DNA from: Candidatus Marinacidobacterales bacterium | GTDB lineage: Bacteria; Acidobacteriota; Vicinamibacteria; Marinacidobacterales; SMYC01 | NCBI GenBank assembly: GCA_965224085.1 | Contig: CBDCYI010000005.1 | Span: 1,632,001 to 1,696,000, forward strand | DNA: 64,000 nt | Reading direction: 5' to 3' | In this document: positions 1 to 9,506 of the stretch, piece after piece | Layout of the letters: each line of letters starts with the position of its first letter | Position numbering within the stretch: the first letter of the stretch is position 1 | The notes under the pieces: model-generated | What the model was told of the DNA's origin: nothing | The model's input: the letters and a program-made list of their open reading frames with translations, nothing else | The model's database searches: none | Position numbers and translations under genes: made by a program

Positions 1-921
1 ACGCTGCTCCTGCGGCTTCTACGAAGCTTCGCACGTCACTTGAGCGGCGTGTTTTTGTCGGACGTCGCGGTAGGCGAAGCCTCGCTGATTCGCCAAGTCG
101 CCCGAGCCTTGCTGATCCCCTACAAGCCCCAGGATTCAACGGACACGGTGGCGCAATACCTGGACATCTTTCTCCGGGGCCAAGCCACCGCGGGTAAAAC
201 GGTTGTGGTATTGGTCGACGAAGCCCAGGGTCTGATGGATGGGCAATTCGAAGAGCTGCGTCTGTTGACGAACCTGAAGCACAAAAGCCGCAAGCTCGTG
301 GAGATCGTGCTGGCCGGCTTGCCCTCGCTCGAGCGCAAGTTCCATACACCTGATTTCGAGTCTCTCAACCAGCGTGCCGTCGTGCGGTGCTGGGTCGAGC
401 CCATGGATCTCCAAAATACCGAAGCCTATATTCGGCACCGCCTCGACGTCGTCGGAGCCCCCAATCCGAACATGTTCGCCGGAGACGCTGTCGAACGTGT
501 GCACCAGTCGTCGATTGGCATCGCGCGCCTCGTCAATATCGTCTGCGAGCGCACCCTTCTTATCGGCTACGTCGATGAGCAGCAAGTCCTCAAAGCCGAG
601 CATGTCGATCAGGCGGTCGCGGACTTGAACCTCAAGCCGCTGGGCGATCGAGACCAGCAAACAGGCGCGCTCGGCTTCGAAGGGAATCTACTGCTCCGGA
701 TGGCGTCGCAGCTCGACTCTATCGTGAAAAGGCTGGACCAGCTCGAGGTGCCTCAGAAACTCGCCACGGACATGCGAGAGCCCCCAGAAGGGCCGCGGAT
801 CCGGCAGTGGCTCAAATCGTTACGCCAGAATCCTTTAAAGAAGGTCCACCAGACCGCGGAGCCGCTCGACGAGCTCATAGATTCTCCGGTGGCGCTCAAA
901 CCGGCAAAGACCGAGCATTAG
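1..921 (+). CDS. ExeA/GspA-family AAA ATPase, 5'-partial
   Basis: Frame open from base 1 (TLLLRLL, typical of the segment after Walker A); Walker B VVLVDEAQ, LRLLTN, LAGLP, IARLVNIVCER. Confidence 0.85.
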   Translation, partial: TLLLRLLRSFARHLSGVFLSDVAVGEASLIRQVARALLIPYKPQDSTDTVAQYLDIFLRGQATAGKTVVVLVDEAQGLMDGQFEELRLLTNLKHKSRKLVEIVLAGLPSLERKFHTPDFESLNQRAVVRCWVEPMDLQNTEAYIRHRLDVVGAPNPNMFAGDAVERVHQSSIGIARLVNIVCERTLLIGYVDEQQVLKAEHVDQAVADLNLKPLGDRDQQTGALGFEGNLLLRMASQLDSIVKRLDQLEVPQKLATDMREPPEGPRIRQWLKSLRQNPLKKVHQTAEPLDELIDSPVALKPAKTEH

Positions 922-2862
922 TCGGAGCTTCCGCCGGCTAGACGCATGTAAACCCGTACGTTTAAAGCAGATGTGGCCGTTCTAAGTGTAATCAGTACGC
1001 ATGTAATAATAACGGTATGGTTGATAATGCTGATTAGATCCTGTATAGTCGGCGCATGTACATCGCCAAGGTGCCGAACCGTAACTCGCCCCCAGCGATT
1101 CTCATTCGCGAAAGCTACCGCGAAGGCGGTAAGCCCAAAACGAGGACCGTCGCCAACATCTCGAAGTGGAAGCCCGCTCGAATTGAAGCTCTTCGCCAGT
1201 TGCTGAAGGGCAACGTGGATTTGGGTGAGGCTCAGCAATTCGAGATCACCAGAAGCAAACCTCACGGACATGTTGCGGCCGTGCTGGGAACGCTGCGCAA
1301 AGTTGGCCTCGAGCGAATCATCCATAGCCGCCAGCGCCGAGAGCGTGACCTCGTGGTGGCGATGATTGTGGCGCGAATCGTAGAGCCGGGCTCCAAGTTG
1401 GCCACGGCCCGTGGTCTATCGAAACAGACCTTGACTTCGTCTTTGGGTGAGTGTGTTGGAGTTGAAGACTCCAACGAGGATGAGTTGTATGAGGCCCTGG
1501 ATTGGCTTTTGAGCCGCCAAGCTGCCATAGAGGAGAAACTGGCGAAACGCCATCTGCAGCAGGGCAGCTTGGTTCTCTACGACTTGACGTCGACTTGGGT
1601 GGAAGGTCGGTCGTGCCCTCTGGCGAAGCTCGGTTACTCGAGAGACGGCAAGAAAAACAAACTGCAGATCGTGTTCGGCTTACTGTGTGAGCGTAATGGT
1701 CGGCCGGTCGGGGTAGAGGTGTTCGAAGGCAACACCGGAGATCCCGCAACACTGGGGAGCCAAATTCGCAAAGTCCGAGAACGTTTTGAGCTTGACAATA
1801 TCGTCTTCGTAGGTGACCGAGGGATGATCACCGAAGCTCGGATTCGCGAGGAACTTCGACCAGAGGAAGGTCTCGAGTGGATCAGCTCACTTCGTGCCCC
1901 GCAGATTCAGCGACTTGCAAAAGACGGAATGCTACAGCCTTCTCTGTTCGATGAGGTCGACCTAGCGGAGATCCATCATCCTAACTTTCCTGGTGAGCGA
2001 CTCATTGCTTGTCGCAACCCTCTTCTTGCTGCCGAGCGGGCACGGAAACGGGAAGAGATGCTTGTGTCGACGGAGTCGAAGCTAGAAGTGATTCGCAAAG
2101 CGACGAAGCGAGACCAGCGTCCTTTGCGAGGCAAAGATACCATCGGCATACGATTGGGTCGAGTGTTCGCTCGGAGCAAGATGGGCAAGCACTTTCGCTA
2201 CACCATTACGGACGACAGCTTCGACTTCGAGCGCGACAACGATAACATCGAGCGTGAGGCGACCCTCGACGGTATCTATATCATTCGTACAAGCCTCACC
2301 GAAGAGGCCATCTCCGCAGACGAAGCTGTCAAGACCTACAAAGGCTTGGCAGTCGTTGAACGCGCTTTTCGTTGCTGCAAAACCGTGGATTTGAAAGTAC
2401 GGCCCATCTATCACTACAACGCTGAGCGAGTTCGAGCTCACATCTTTCTTTGCATGCTCGCCTACTACGTGGAATGGCACATGCGAAAAGCCCTCGCCCC
2501 GATCTTGTTTGACGACGACGACACTGACGGTGCCCAAGCCAAACGCTCATCCATCGTCAGCCCAGCAACGTCTTCAGACTCCGCCCAGGCAAAGGCTTCT
2601 ACCAAGAAGTCTCCCGATGGGTTGCCCGTCCACAGTTTCAGAACGCTTCTTTCTGATCTTGCTACGGTCACGAAAAATCAAGTCGAAAACGACGCCCGCG
2701 GCCTGTCCTTCGTCAGCGTTACTCGCCCTACACCCTTGCAGCACAAAGCATTCAACCTCCTCGGAATCAATCCCCGCACGATGTAAGCAGTACACACGCC
2801 TCTCTTAAAAAACAAGACTAATGATGCCAACACTTACGCTTGTTCATCTGTGGAAGTTCCGC
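922..2862 (+). mobile_element. IS1634-family insertion sequence
   Basis: Imperfect terminal IRs (tcggagcttcc / ggaagttccgc); TTAG repeated at 918-921 and 2863-2866; transposase inside. Confidence 0.85.
1056..2786 (+). CDS. IS1634-family DDE transposase
   Basis: LYDLTSTW, GYSRDGK, VFVGDRGM, YKGLAVVERAFR, RVRAHIFLCMLAY motifs; intact 576 aa. Confidence 0.92.
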   Translation: MYIAKVPNRNSPPAILIRESYREGGKPKTRTVANISKWKPARIEALRQLLKGNVDLGEAQQFEITRSKPHGHVAAVLGTLRKVGLERIIHSRQRRERDLVVAMIVARIVEPGSKLATARGLSKQTLTSSLGECVGVEDSNEDELYEALDWLLSRQAAIEEKLAKRHLQQGSLVLYDLTSTWVEGRSCPLAKLGYSRDGKKNKLQIVFGLLCERNGRPVGVEVFEGNTGDPATLGSQIRKVRERFELDNIVFVGDRGMITEARIREELRPEEGLEWISSLRAPQIQRLAKDGMLQPSLFDEVDLAEIHHPNFPGERLIACRNPLLAAERARKREEMLVSTESKLEVIRKATKRDQRPLRGKDTIGIRLGRVFARSKMGKHFRYTITDDSFDFERDNDNIEREATLDGIYIIRTSLTEEAISADEAVKTYKGLAVVERAFRCCKTVDLKVRPIYHYNAERVRAHIFLCMLAYYVEWHMRKALAPILFDDDDTDGAQAKRSSIVSPATSSDSAQAKASTKKSPDGLPVHSFRTLLSDLATVTKNQVENDARGLSFVSVTRPTPLQHKAFNLLGINPRTM

Positions 2863-2880
2863 TTAGTGCTCAAAGCGTGC

Positions 2881-2905
2881 AGGCTGCAGATGTAGTTTGC
2901 AGCCT
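2881..2905. terminator. Hairpin at 3' end of small ORF, possible terminator
   Basis: aggctgca-N9-tgcagcct perfect 8-bp stem. Confidence 0.4.
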
Positions 2906-3077
2906 AGGCAGCCTTTTTGTTCTCGCACTTCGGCATTCGCCTCGCAGGGCGAACAGGCTCGCCGACGGGACGCGTCTTGCGTAGCTCAAGCGACGCGAGG
3001 CTCAACAGAACGTCCGCGATCCATTTGATTCCCAACGCGACGACGACAAAGCTCATCCAAAATAGCGGGCTCAACAT
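2904..3077 (-). CDS. Small single-pass membrane protein (57 aa), below the ORF-track cutoff
   Basis: MLSPLFWMSFVVVALGIKWIADVLLSLASLELRKTRPVGEPVRPARRMPKCENKKAA; GAGGT RBS 7 nt upstream; promoter-like region upstream. Confidence 0.55.
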   Translation of the reverse strand: MLSPLFWMSFVVVALGIKWIADVLLSLASLELRKTRPVGEPVRPARRMPKCENKKAA

Positions 3078-3205
3078 GTTCTCGACCTCATTTAGTTGTC
3101 TCGACTTTGGTGTAAGTCAAGCACCTTTTATAGTGTAAGTCAAGTAAAGATCAACCCAAAAAATAAGGCACTCTCTCGTCGGCACACCACAACAAGTTGT
3201 AGAGC

Positions 3206-3231
3206 AAAAAAAACGGGGCACAAAGGCCCCG
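3206..3231 (-). terminator. Rho-independent terminator of the DUF2911 gene
   Basis: Minus strand cggggc-N6-gccccg followed by T8. Confidence 0.8.
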
Positions 3232-3250
3232 CTCGAGGTGTACGTTCGGC

Positions 3251-3824
3251 CTAAGTGCTGCTTTCGAAGCTCGCCGTCCAGGACGCGTCGCCCCAGGACA
3301 TGGTGAGCTCACTCGAGCTCAACTCGATGGTGAAGACATCCGTGGACTCCCCGGATTTCTTGGTCATAGGAATGCGCGCGATTTCTTCGCCCACGATGTG
3401 CGCTTTGTAGCCGCGCAGCTCGGGCCAGGGCTCTTTCGCCATTTCCGGCGGAGCTTGGTCCCAGATCTCGCCCAGCGGGACGCCGAGGTTCTTGTTGACG
3501 CAGAGCGCCCCAATTGCCTTCGGCGGGCGCATACACATATAGGCTGTACTTTCCCGCGGGAATCGACTTGCCGCCGATCTTGAGAGCTGCTTGGGTCTCG
3601 AGGGTCGTGACCTGGTTCTCGCCCGTGCGCCAGATGCGGTCTTCGGGCAGGTTCTTCATGAGCTCGTCGAGGCTGCGACCCTTCAAAGCGGGACGGCCAT
3701 ATTCGACCATAACTTTCGATCCGTTGACAGTGGCATCAACTTCACCACGAGGCTGGCGATCCTGTGCGAAGCTAATCGCAGCGAGACCGACGAGCGCGGC
3801 AAAGACCACGAGTCTTTTCATCAT
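3251..3824 (-). pseudogene. DUF2911-family exported protein, frameshifted
   Basis: Signal peptide, VEYGRP, WRTGENQ, IPAGKYSL; extra G in TGGGG near 3510 splits the ORF, which continues ALCVNKNLG...LTMSWG. Confidence 0.8.
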
Positions 3825-3916
3825 TTTGTAAAGCTCCTTGTGAGTTGGTTTCGGTGAGCCCGCTCTGATTTCGATCAGGCTCAAGGGAGTATAGCGCGGA
3901 CTAGCCAACCCGTCCG

Positions 3917-4447
3917 TTACGAGCCCCATAGCTTCAAAAGGAAGAAAACCGTGACGCCCGTCACAGAAACATAGAGCCAGACGGGGAACGTGACGCGGGC
4001 GATCTTGAGGTGGCGCTCGAACCGCTTCGTGCCTGCAAAGAACAGCGTCGTGAGCACAAGAGGGAGCGCCACGATAGAGCCGGCAATGTGGCTAATAAGA
4101 ATGAAGAAGTACACCGGGCGGATGAGACCTTGACCACCGAAGCGCGTATCTCCATGAAAATGGTGGTACACGATGTAGCTTGCCAAAAAGAGGCCGGCGA
4201 CACCGACCGCTGAGAGCATCAGCTTTATGTGGAGCTCGCGCCGGCCGGATCGGATCGCGAGGAGGCCCGCGACGAGAAGCACGGCGCTCGTGAAATTGAG
4301 CCCCGCGTTCAGAGCGGGGAGAGCGCTCGTCCAACCCGGCGCGAACGCGCCGGGTTCACGAAAGTAGAGCAGCCAGAAAAGAAACGCGACGACGATGATG
4401 CTGACGACACCAATGACGCCGAAGGCTCGCTGCTCGACGTCGCTCAG
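3917..4447 (-). CDS. DUF420-family membrane protein
   Basis: LPALNAGLN, HIKLM, FLASYIVYH, YFFILISH, PVWLYVSVTG; probable CTG start overlapping upstream TGA with GGAGG. Confidence 0.85.
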   Translation of the reverse strand: MSDVEQRAFGVIGVVSIIVVAFLFWLLYFREPGAFAPGWTSALPALNAGLNFTSAVLLVAGLLAIRSGRRELHIKLMLSAVGVAGLFLASYIVYHHFHGDTRFGGQGLIRPVYFFILISHIAGSIVALPLVLTTLFFAGTKRFERHLKIARVTFPVWLYVSVTGVTVFFLLKLWGS

Positions 4448-4812
4448 CTTCCCGCCTCCATCCGGTTCACGTCCGCCTCGGTCGCGATATAGCCGAACGC
4501 GGACCAATACTTCCCATCCAGCACCTTATTCAGAATCTCCCTGGCTTTATCGACCTCGCCGTTCACGAAGTACCAGTTCGCGACACCGTAGCCTTGTGTC
4601 GCGAGATCGAGCTCGGAGGCGTCCTGATTCAAGAGCTCTACGGGATCCAGGAGACCTTTGTACATGAGAAGCCGCTTGTGGTACGAGCCGTTCTCCAGGA
4701 TGTCCATCACCTCGCGGATGTCATCGAACACCTTTGCCGCGTCGTCCGTAAGGCAACCGAGCGCCGCCAAAAAGGCGGCGGCCGCACATACTTCCCGAAC
4801 GTCTTTCATCAT
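4444..4812 (-). pseudogene. Lipoprotein signal fused to a C-terminal TPR-like fragment (probable internal deletion)
   Basis: Lipobox LAALGC directly followed by a C-terminal-looking segment (LATQGYGVANWY...WSAFGYIATEAD). Confidence 0.5.
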
Positions 4813-4869
4813 CCCTCCGAGTCCTAGCCTCTCCGGGAGAGAGCCTAACCGCCCGAGACCGCCACTTCA

Positions 4870-5040
4870 AGGCACGGCCGTGGATAGAGAGCCAGTTCCC
4901 GCTCTCACGCACGAAGATCCTCGTGGATTTGCCGCGGTTCGTGAACCGTTCGCCAGCGCTCATTCCGGAATCGGTCCAGCAATACGTAATCCTGCCCGTC
5001 GCCACGAATGAAAGGTGACACTAAAAACGACTTTCTTCAT
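4870..5040 (-). pseudogene. Remnant of an NTF2/DUF4440-like gene
   Basis: GGAGG + MKKVVFSV start; another frame has RGKSTRIFVRESGNWLSIHG. Confidence 0.4.
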
Positions 5041-5058
5041 GGAGGCCTCCGTCGAAAA

Positions 5059-5790
5059 CTAGCTGAGTCGCAATAGATCGGATCCGAAAAAAATGGGACC
5101 GGCCTCGACGCCGAGCCGGCGATAGACGGCGTCGGGGACACCGATATCCGCGAGGTACAGCTGCCCGGTGAACTCCTCGGCGCCCGGGACCGCGAGCCCC
5201 GCTTTGGGAAGTGCGAGCGTCATCGTGGCGGTGGCTTTGACGGTCAGTGGCGACGTCTCTCCTGTTGTCGCGTCGAGCCCGGTCGGGATATCCAAAGCTA
5301 AAACGGGCGCGGGCTGCGCCTTCGCCCAGCGGACGGTGTCTGCGATCACCCCCCTGGGCCGACCGCGTAGACTGTAGCCGACCATGCCGTCGAGGATGAG
5401 CTCGGGCCCGTCCCCGAGCGGCGCGTCCTTGGCAACGACGAAACGGATGCCCATCTTCTGCGCAATGTGCAGTTGATGCGCAGGAACACCGTCATAGGCA
5501 TCGACCGGACGCATGAGCGCAACCTCGACATTAGCACCCCAATCGTGAAGCCTTCTCGCGGCGACGAGAGCACCTCCGCCATTGCCGCCGGTGCCGGCGA
5601 GTACCGCGACTTCTTTGCCGCGCGCATCGCCTACGAGGAAGCGATCCCGGGCGAGCTGTGCGAGATGTCTGCCGGCATTTTCCATCATCTGGAGAAGCTC
5701 GATGCCGAAATCTTCAATCATCGAACGGTCTACTTCGACCATTTGGTCGCGCGTCACCGTGGGGATCGTTTTCCGCCAGTCGTCGATCAT
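5059..5790 (-). CDS. nnrE: NAD(P)H-hydrate epimerase (stand-alone YjeF_N)
   Basis: QMMENAG, GTGGNGGG, LILDGMVG, LALDIPTG, LYLADIG. Confidence 0.9.
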   Translation of the reverse strand: MIDDWRKTIPTVTRDQMVEVDRSMIEDFGIELLQMMENAGRHLAQLARDRFLVGDARGKEVAVLAGTGGNGGGALVAARRLHDWGANVEVALMRPVDAYDGVPAHQLHIAQKMGIRFVVAKDAPLGDGPELILDGMVGYSLRGRPRGVIADTVRWAKAQPAPVLALDIPTGLDATTGETSPLTVKATATMTLALPKAGLAVPGAEEFTGQLYLADIGVPDAVYRRLGVEAGPIFFGSDLLRLS

Positions 5791-6050
5791 GACTTCGAGC
5801 GGCGCCTGAAAAGCGCCACCACAGCAACGATACACCAAGTTCCTTCGAGCACGATGAAGGGCGCGTACTCGATGAGATAGGAGGAGTAGCAAGACAGACC
5901 GGCACCGACGGCATTCATGCTCTGATAGGAACGCGCTCGATGCGGAAGGAACCCGGATAGGTTGAGAAAGAAAACGGCGAGACGCCTACGGAACCGAGGA
6001 GCTCGGCGGTCGTAATACTCATGAGACCGACCGTAAGCGCCCGGCGACGC

Positions 6051-6070
6051 CTTGTCTTGTCTTGTCTTGT
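6051..6070. repeat. (CTTGT)4 microsatellite in a hairpin loop
   Basis: Exact pentamer x4 flanked by cccggc-gacgcc / ggcgt-ggccggg arms. Confidence 0.8.
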
Positions 6071-6103
6071 CAATGCGGCGTGGCCGGGTGGGCCGTGATC
6101 GGT

Positions 6104-6510
6104 TTAGTTGAACGGAACGGTGTGCGTATGGCTCGCGTTGTTCGTTGAGGTCTTTTGAACGTTCATGTTCTGAGCGATCTGACCTACCTCCGCCGCAGTT
6201 AGAGCGACGGTGTGGCGGTGATTCGATGACCCCGTGATATCGAGGCTCAGGGCATTGCCAGCCGTCAGCTGAGCGACGTGATCGTCGCCGTATACCCGTG
6301 ATTCGAACCGACTACACCTTGGACATTTCCGGTCGAAGGGGTGGGCGTCGGGGTGGGGGTTCGGGTCGGGGTCGACGGGCTGCTACTGCCGCCGCAAGCG
6401 GCGATCGTGATGGGTACGCTACTCAAGATCAAGAGCGCCGATTTCAAAGTAAAATCGCGCCTCGTCAAGTTCTGGCAGTTCTCGACGTCTTTCATCGCAG
6501 TCCTTTTCAT
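6104..6510 (-). pseudogene. Tat-signal lipoprotein with His motifs, frameshifted
   Basis: TRRDF Tat motif, IAAC lipobox, PT linker; 1-nt loss near 6275, then AQLTAG...NHRHTV...SHTHTVPFN stop. Confidence 0.7.
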
Positions 6511-6711
6511 GATGTCCTCCGCTGACAGAATACCTGCGCAAGGTATGTGCCGCACGCCGGTTCGCGTGATTCCAAGGGTTTCGAGCGTTCCGCGAATGCC
6601 AGCCTTACGGAGGACGTAATATCTTACGTCGTTTGGAGGCACTTGCCCTCGTGCATCGACACAGTTTAACCTGCGGACGGCTGGGCGCCCTCTAAGTTTT
6701 GGAGACACGCT

Positions 6712-7152
6712 ATGAGCGCAAAACTGAGAATCGTGAGCTGGGTTTTGTTGACGATCGTCGGAGGCCTTACGCTTCTCGGATCCTTGGGCTCCGTGTACGT
6801 GGCCTACGTCGCGGACGCGAAGATAGATCAAATCGGCGCCATGAACTTGAGCGAGCTCGCCGAGGGTCGGAACGACCTCGAAATCGCCCTCCGAGCCCGG
6901 CGCGCCACCGCCGCGGCGTTCGCGACCGGTTATGCTCTCTTGTTCCTCACGATCGTGCTCGTCCCCTACCGCAGGGGCGACGTATGGGCGTGGTGGACCC
7001 TTCTGGTCGGGACGCTCGCGACGACGGGCATCATTCTTATACGGGTCTCGGTACTGGGCACAAATCTCGGCCTCGCAGCGGCGACGATTCCGCTCGCTGT
7101 CAACGTCGTCGCCCTTCTCCTCGATGCCGGCCGGCTGAAATCCGAAAGCTAG
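6712..7152 (+). CDS. Hypothetical multi-pass membrane protein
   Basis: GGAG RBS; four hydrophobic segments; YRRGDVWAWW. Confidence 0.75.
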   Translation: MSAKLRIVSWVLLTIVGGLTLLGSLGSVYVAYVADAKIDQIGAMNLSELAEGRNDLEIALRARRATAAAFATGYALLFLTIVLVPYRRGDVWAWWTLLVGTLATTGIILIRVSVLGTNLGLAAATIPLAVNVVALLLDAGRLKSES

Positions 7153-7248
7153 TGTCCTGTGTCAGTGATTCGCTCGTTGCACAAAGGCCATTTTGTGGGC
7201 TGGCGAAGCGAGACGTTTGTGTGACCTATCACGGATACAGGACAATAG
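7149..7248. mobile_element. MITE family A (~100 bp)
   Basis: ~20-bp imperfect IRs ctagtgtcctgtgtcagtgat / atcacggatacaggacaatag; related sequence at 29545. Confidence 0.7.
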
Positions 7249-7306
7249 CATGAGAATTCCCGGCCGCGATTCGATCCACGGCGCCGGGCTGCGATTCTAG
7301 TGGAAG

Positions 7307-8765
7307 ATGAACCTCGACGACCGTTTCAACGGCAAGACCTATGGCGACTTTCTCTTCCGCCCCCAAAAGGGGATCGTCGACACGCGGAAAAGCATCTCGC
7401 TCTCCTGTAAGCTGACCGACTCTCTCCGCCTCGAGCTTCCGGTCGTCTCTTCCAACATGGACAGCGTCACCGAAGCGGAGATGGCGAAAGCCGTCGCGCT
7501 CGAAGGCGGCATCGGTATCGTCCACCGCGCGCTTCCCATCGAGCGACAGGTTGAAATGGTGCGCTTCGTGAAGCGCAGCCACAGTGCCGTCATCGAGAGC
7601 CCGCATCGCGTGCCGCGCGGGACGACGATCGGCAACGCGAAAGCGATCGCCCGGCGGCATCAGATCACCGCGCTTCTTGTCGAAGAAAGCGCGGGGAGCG
7701 GCACACTTGCCGGTCTTCTGACCAACCGTGACATCCCTCGACGTAGCGAGCTCGACACCCAGCTCGTGGACGCGTTCATGACACCATTCGATCGCCTCCA
7801 CGTCTCTCCACCCGGCGTCGGCGAAGATGAAGCCGAGCGGCTTATGTTCGAAAACCGCATCGAGCGCCTCCCCCTCGTGGATGACGCCCGACAGATCCGA
7901 GGCCTCATCACGCTTCGCGACTTGCTCTTGTTCCCGGCACCGCCCGTTCTCTAGCAAAGACACGAAAGGACGGTTGCTCGTGGGCGCTGCGATCGGCGTT
8001 CGAGGCGACTATCTGGAACGTGCCGCGGCCCTCATGCAAGTGCATGCCGATGTCATCGTCATCGACATCGCGCACGCCCATTCCGCGGTCATGAAGAAGG
8101 GGATCGAAGCCGTGCGCTCGCGCTCCGAAGGGGTCGCGCTCATATGCGGCAATGTGGCGACCTATGACGGCGCGCGTTTTCTCGCAGACCTCGGTGTCGA
8201 CGCTATCAAGGTCGGCGTTGGACCGGGACGCGGATGCCGCACACGCCTCGAGACCGCCGCGGGCGTCCCACAGCTTCAAGCGATTCGTGAAGCATGGTGC
8301 GCCGTCGGCGGTGACGTGCCGATCGTCGCCGACGGAGGCATCAAAGACGACAAGGATATCTTCCTGGCGCTCATCTGCGGGGCCTCGACCGTCATGCTTG
8401 GAAGCGCGCTCTCAGGGACGGACGAGTCCCCGGGCCACCTCATCGAAGATCCGGCCACGCACCAAAAACGTAAAATCTACCGAGGCATGACGTCGCCGCA
8501 AGCAGTCCTGCAATCGAGTTATGACGAGGACGAAGGCAGCCGCGAGGTCGAGCTCGAAACCCCTGCCGAAGGCATGCAGATTCAAGTTCCCTACAAAGGC
8601 AGTGTCGTGGAGGTCCTTCACCGGGTGCGTGGACACGTGCAGTCGGCGGTGAGCTACGCGGGCGAAACGTCACTCGAAGCCGCGCGCAAGAAGATTTTGA
8701 AGGATCCGATGAAGTACCTGATCCCGCTCTCCGCCGCGTCCCGTCACGAGAGCTTCGAGCGCTGA
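7307..8765 (+). pseudogene. guaB: IMP dehydrogenase/GMP reductase family with CBS pair, frameshifted
   Basis: [43 protein letters not shown]; extra C at ttcccgg near 7934. Confidence 0.8.
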
Positions 8766-9263
8766 GGCTCCCGGCGCCCTTTGGTGGAGGGAGCCTGGCT
8801 TCCTGAATCGTTACCTTCAGTAACGCTTGGGGCCCGGGGCAACCCGATCGAAAACCATATAATCGCTTATGTTTGTGTTGGTTACGGCATAAGCGCCTGC
8901 TTGGCTTCGTTGTTGCAGTAGTCTTCATTGGCTTGCATGGGGATTCAGGGAAACGGGTTACACACACACTCACTTCCCGCTCCCTGAATCCCCGCGCGAA
9001 CCTATCCAGCCATCCGCGTCCGAATCCCAGTCCTGCTCGTCCGAGATGACGGACTTCACTTTCTCGACGAGATCGCGTCACTTCCAGCCCATGGTCGTCT
9101 TGGGCGTGTTTCGTCGCGCAGACCGAAGCGGTCCAATCTGAAGATCCTGAAAGCCGGACGATCACTCGCGGTTTGTGGTAGAAATCTAGCTTATGGCGGG
9201 AGCTTGGGAGTTGTCGGAGAAACCCTCGGTCGTCATCACCGGCGCGTCGAGCGAGGTTGACTT

Positions 9264-9506
9264 TTGAAACGACGCGATGTCTTGCGCTCGCTCATCGGTG
9301 TCGCCGGCGTTGGCGCCGCGCTTCCGGGCGAAGCACAGGCGTTGTCGCCCGCTGCAGTGGAAGAGCTCATGCGCGCGCATGGGCTCGAGCCGCAGCCGGG
9401 CGAGGGTGCTACGGTCCTGGCTTTCCTCCTGTCGGTACGCCCGCGAACACTACCGGCTCCACGCATCGAGCCGGCTATCCGGATGGATCCGGAGGTCGAC
9501 GCGTGA
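9264..9506 (+). CDS. Small Tat-signal protein, possible amidase small subunit
   Basis: GAGG RBS + TTG; KRRDVL, h-region, AQA cleavage site; C-terminal IEPAIRM; GTGA overlap with the amidase. Confidence 0.65.
   Translation: MKRRDVLRSLIGVAGVGAALPGEAQALSPAAVEELMRAHGLEPQPGEGATVLAFLLSVRPRTLPAPRIEPAIRMDPEVDA

Noticed and set aside
3184-3202. NrdR-box-like palindrome
   Set aside because: Weak single match and no ribonucleotide reductase gene nearby; kept only as a generic palindrome
8775-9000. tmRNA or tRNA (minus-strand CTCCACCA end; ANEDY-like peptide)
   Set aside because: No T-arm (GTTCRA) before CCA, no matching acceptor 5' end, and no ALAA-type tag end
9257-9502. 82-aa N-terminal extension of the amidase
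   Set aside because: Low-complexity off-frame reading of the Tat ORF; the RBS supports GTG 9503
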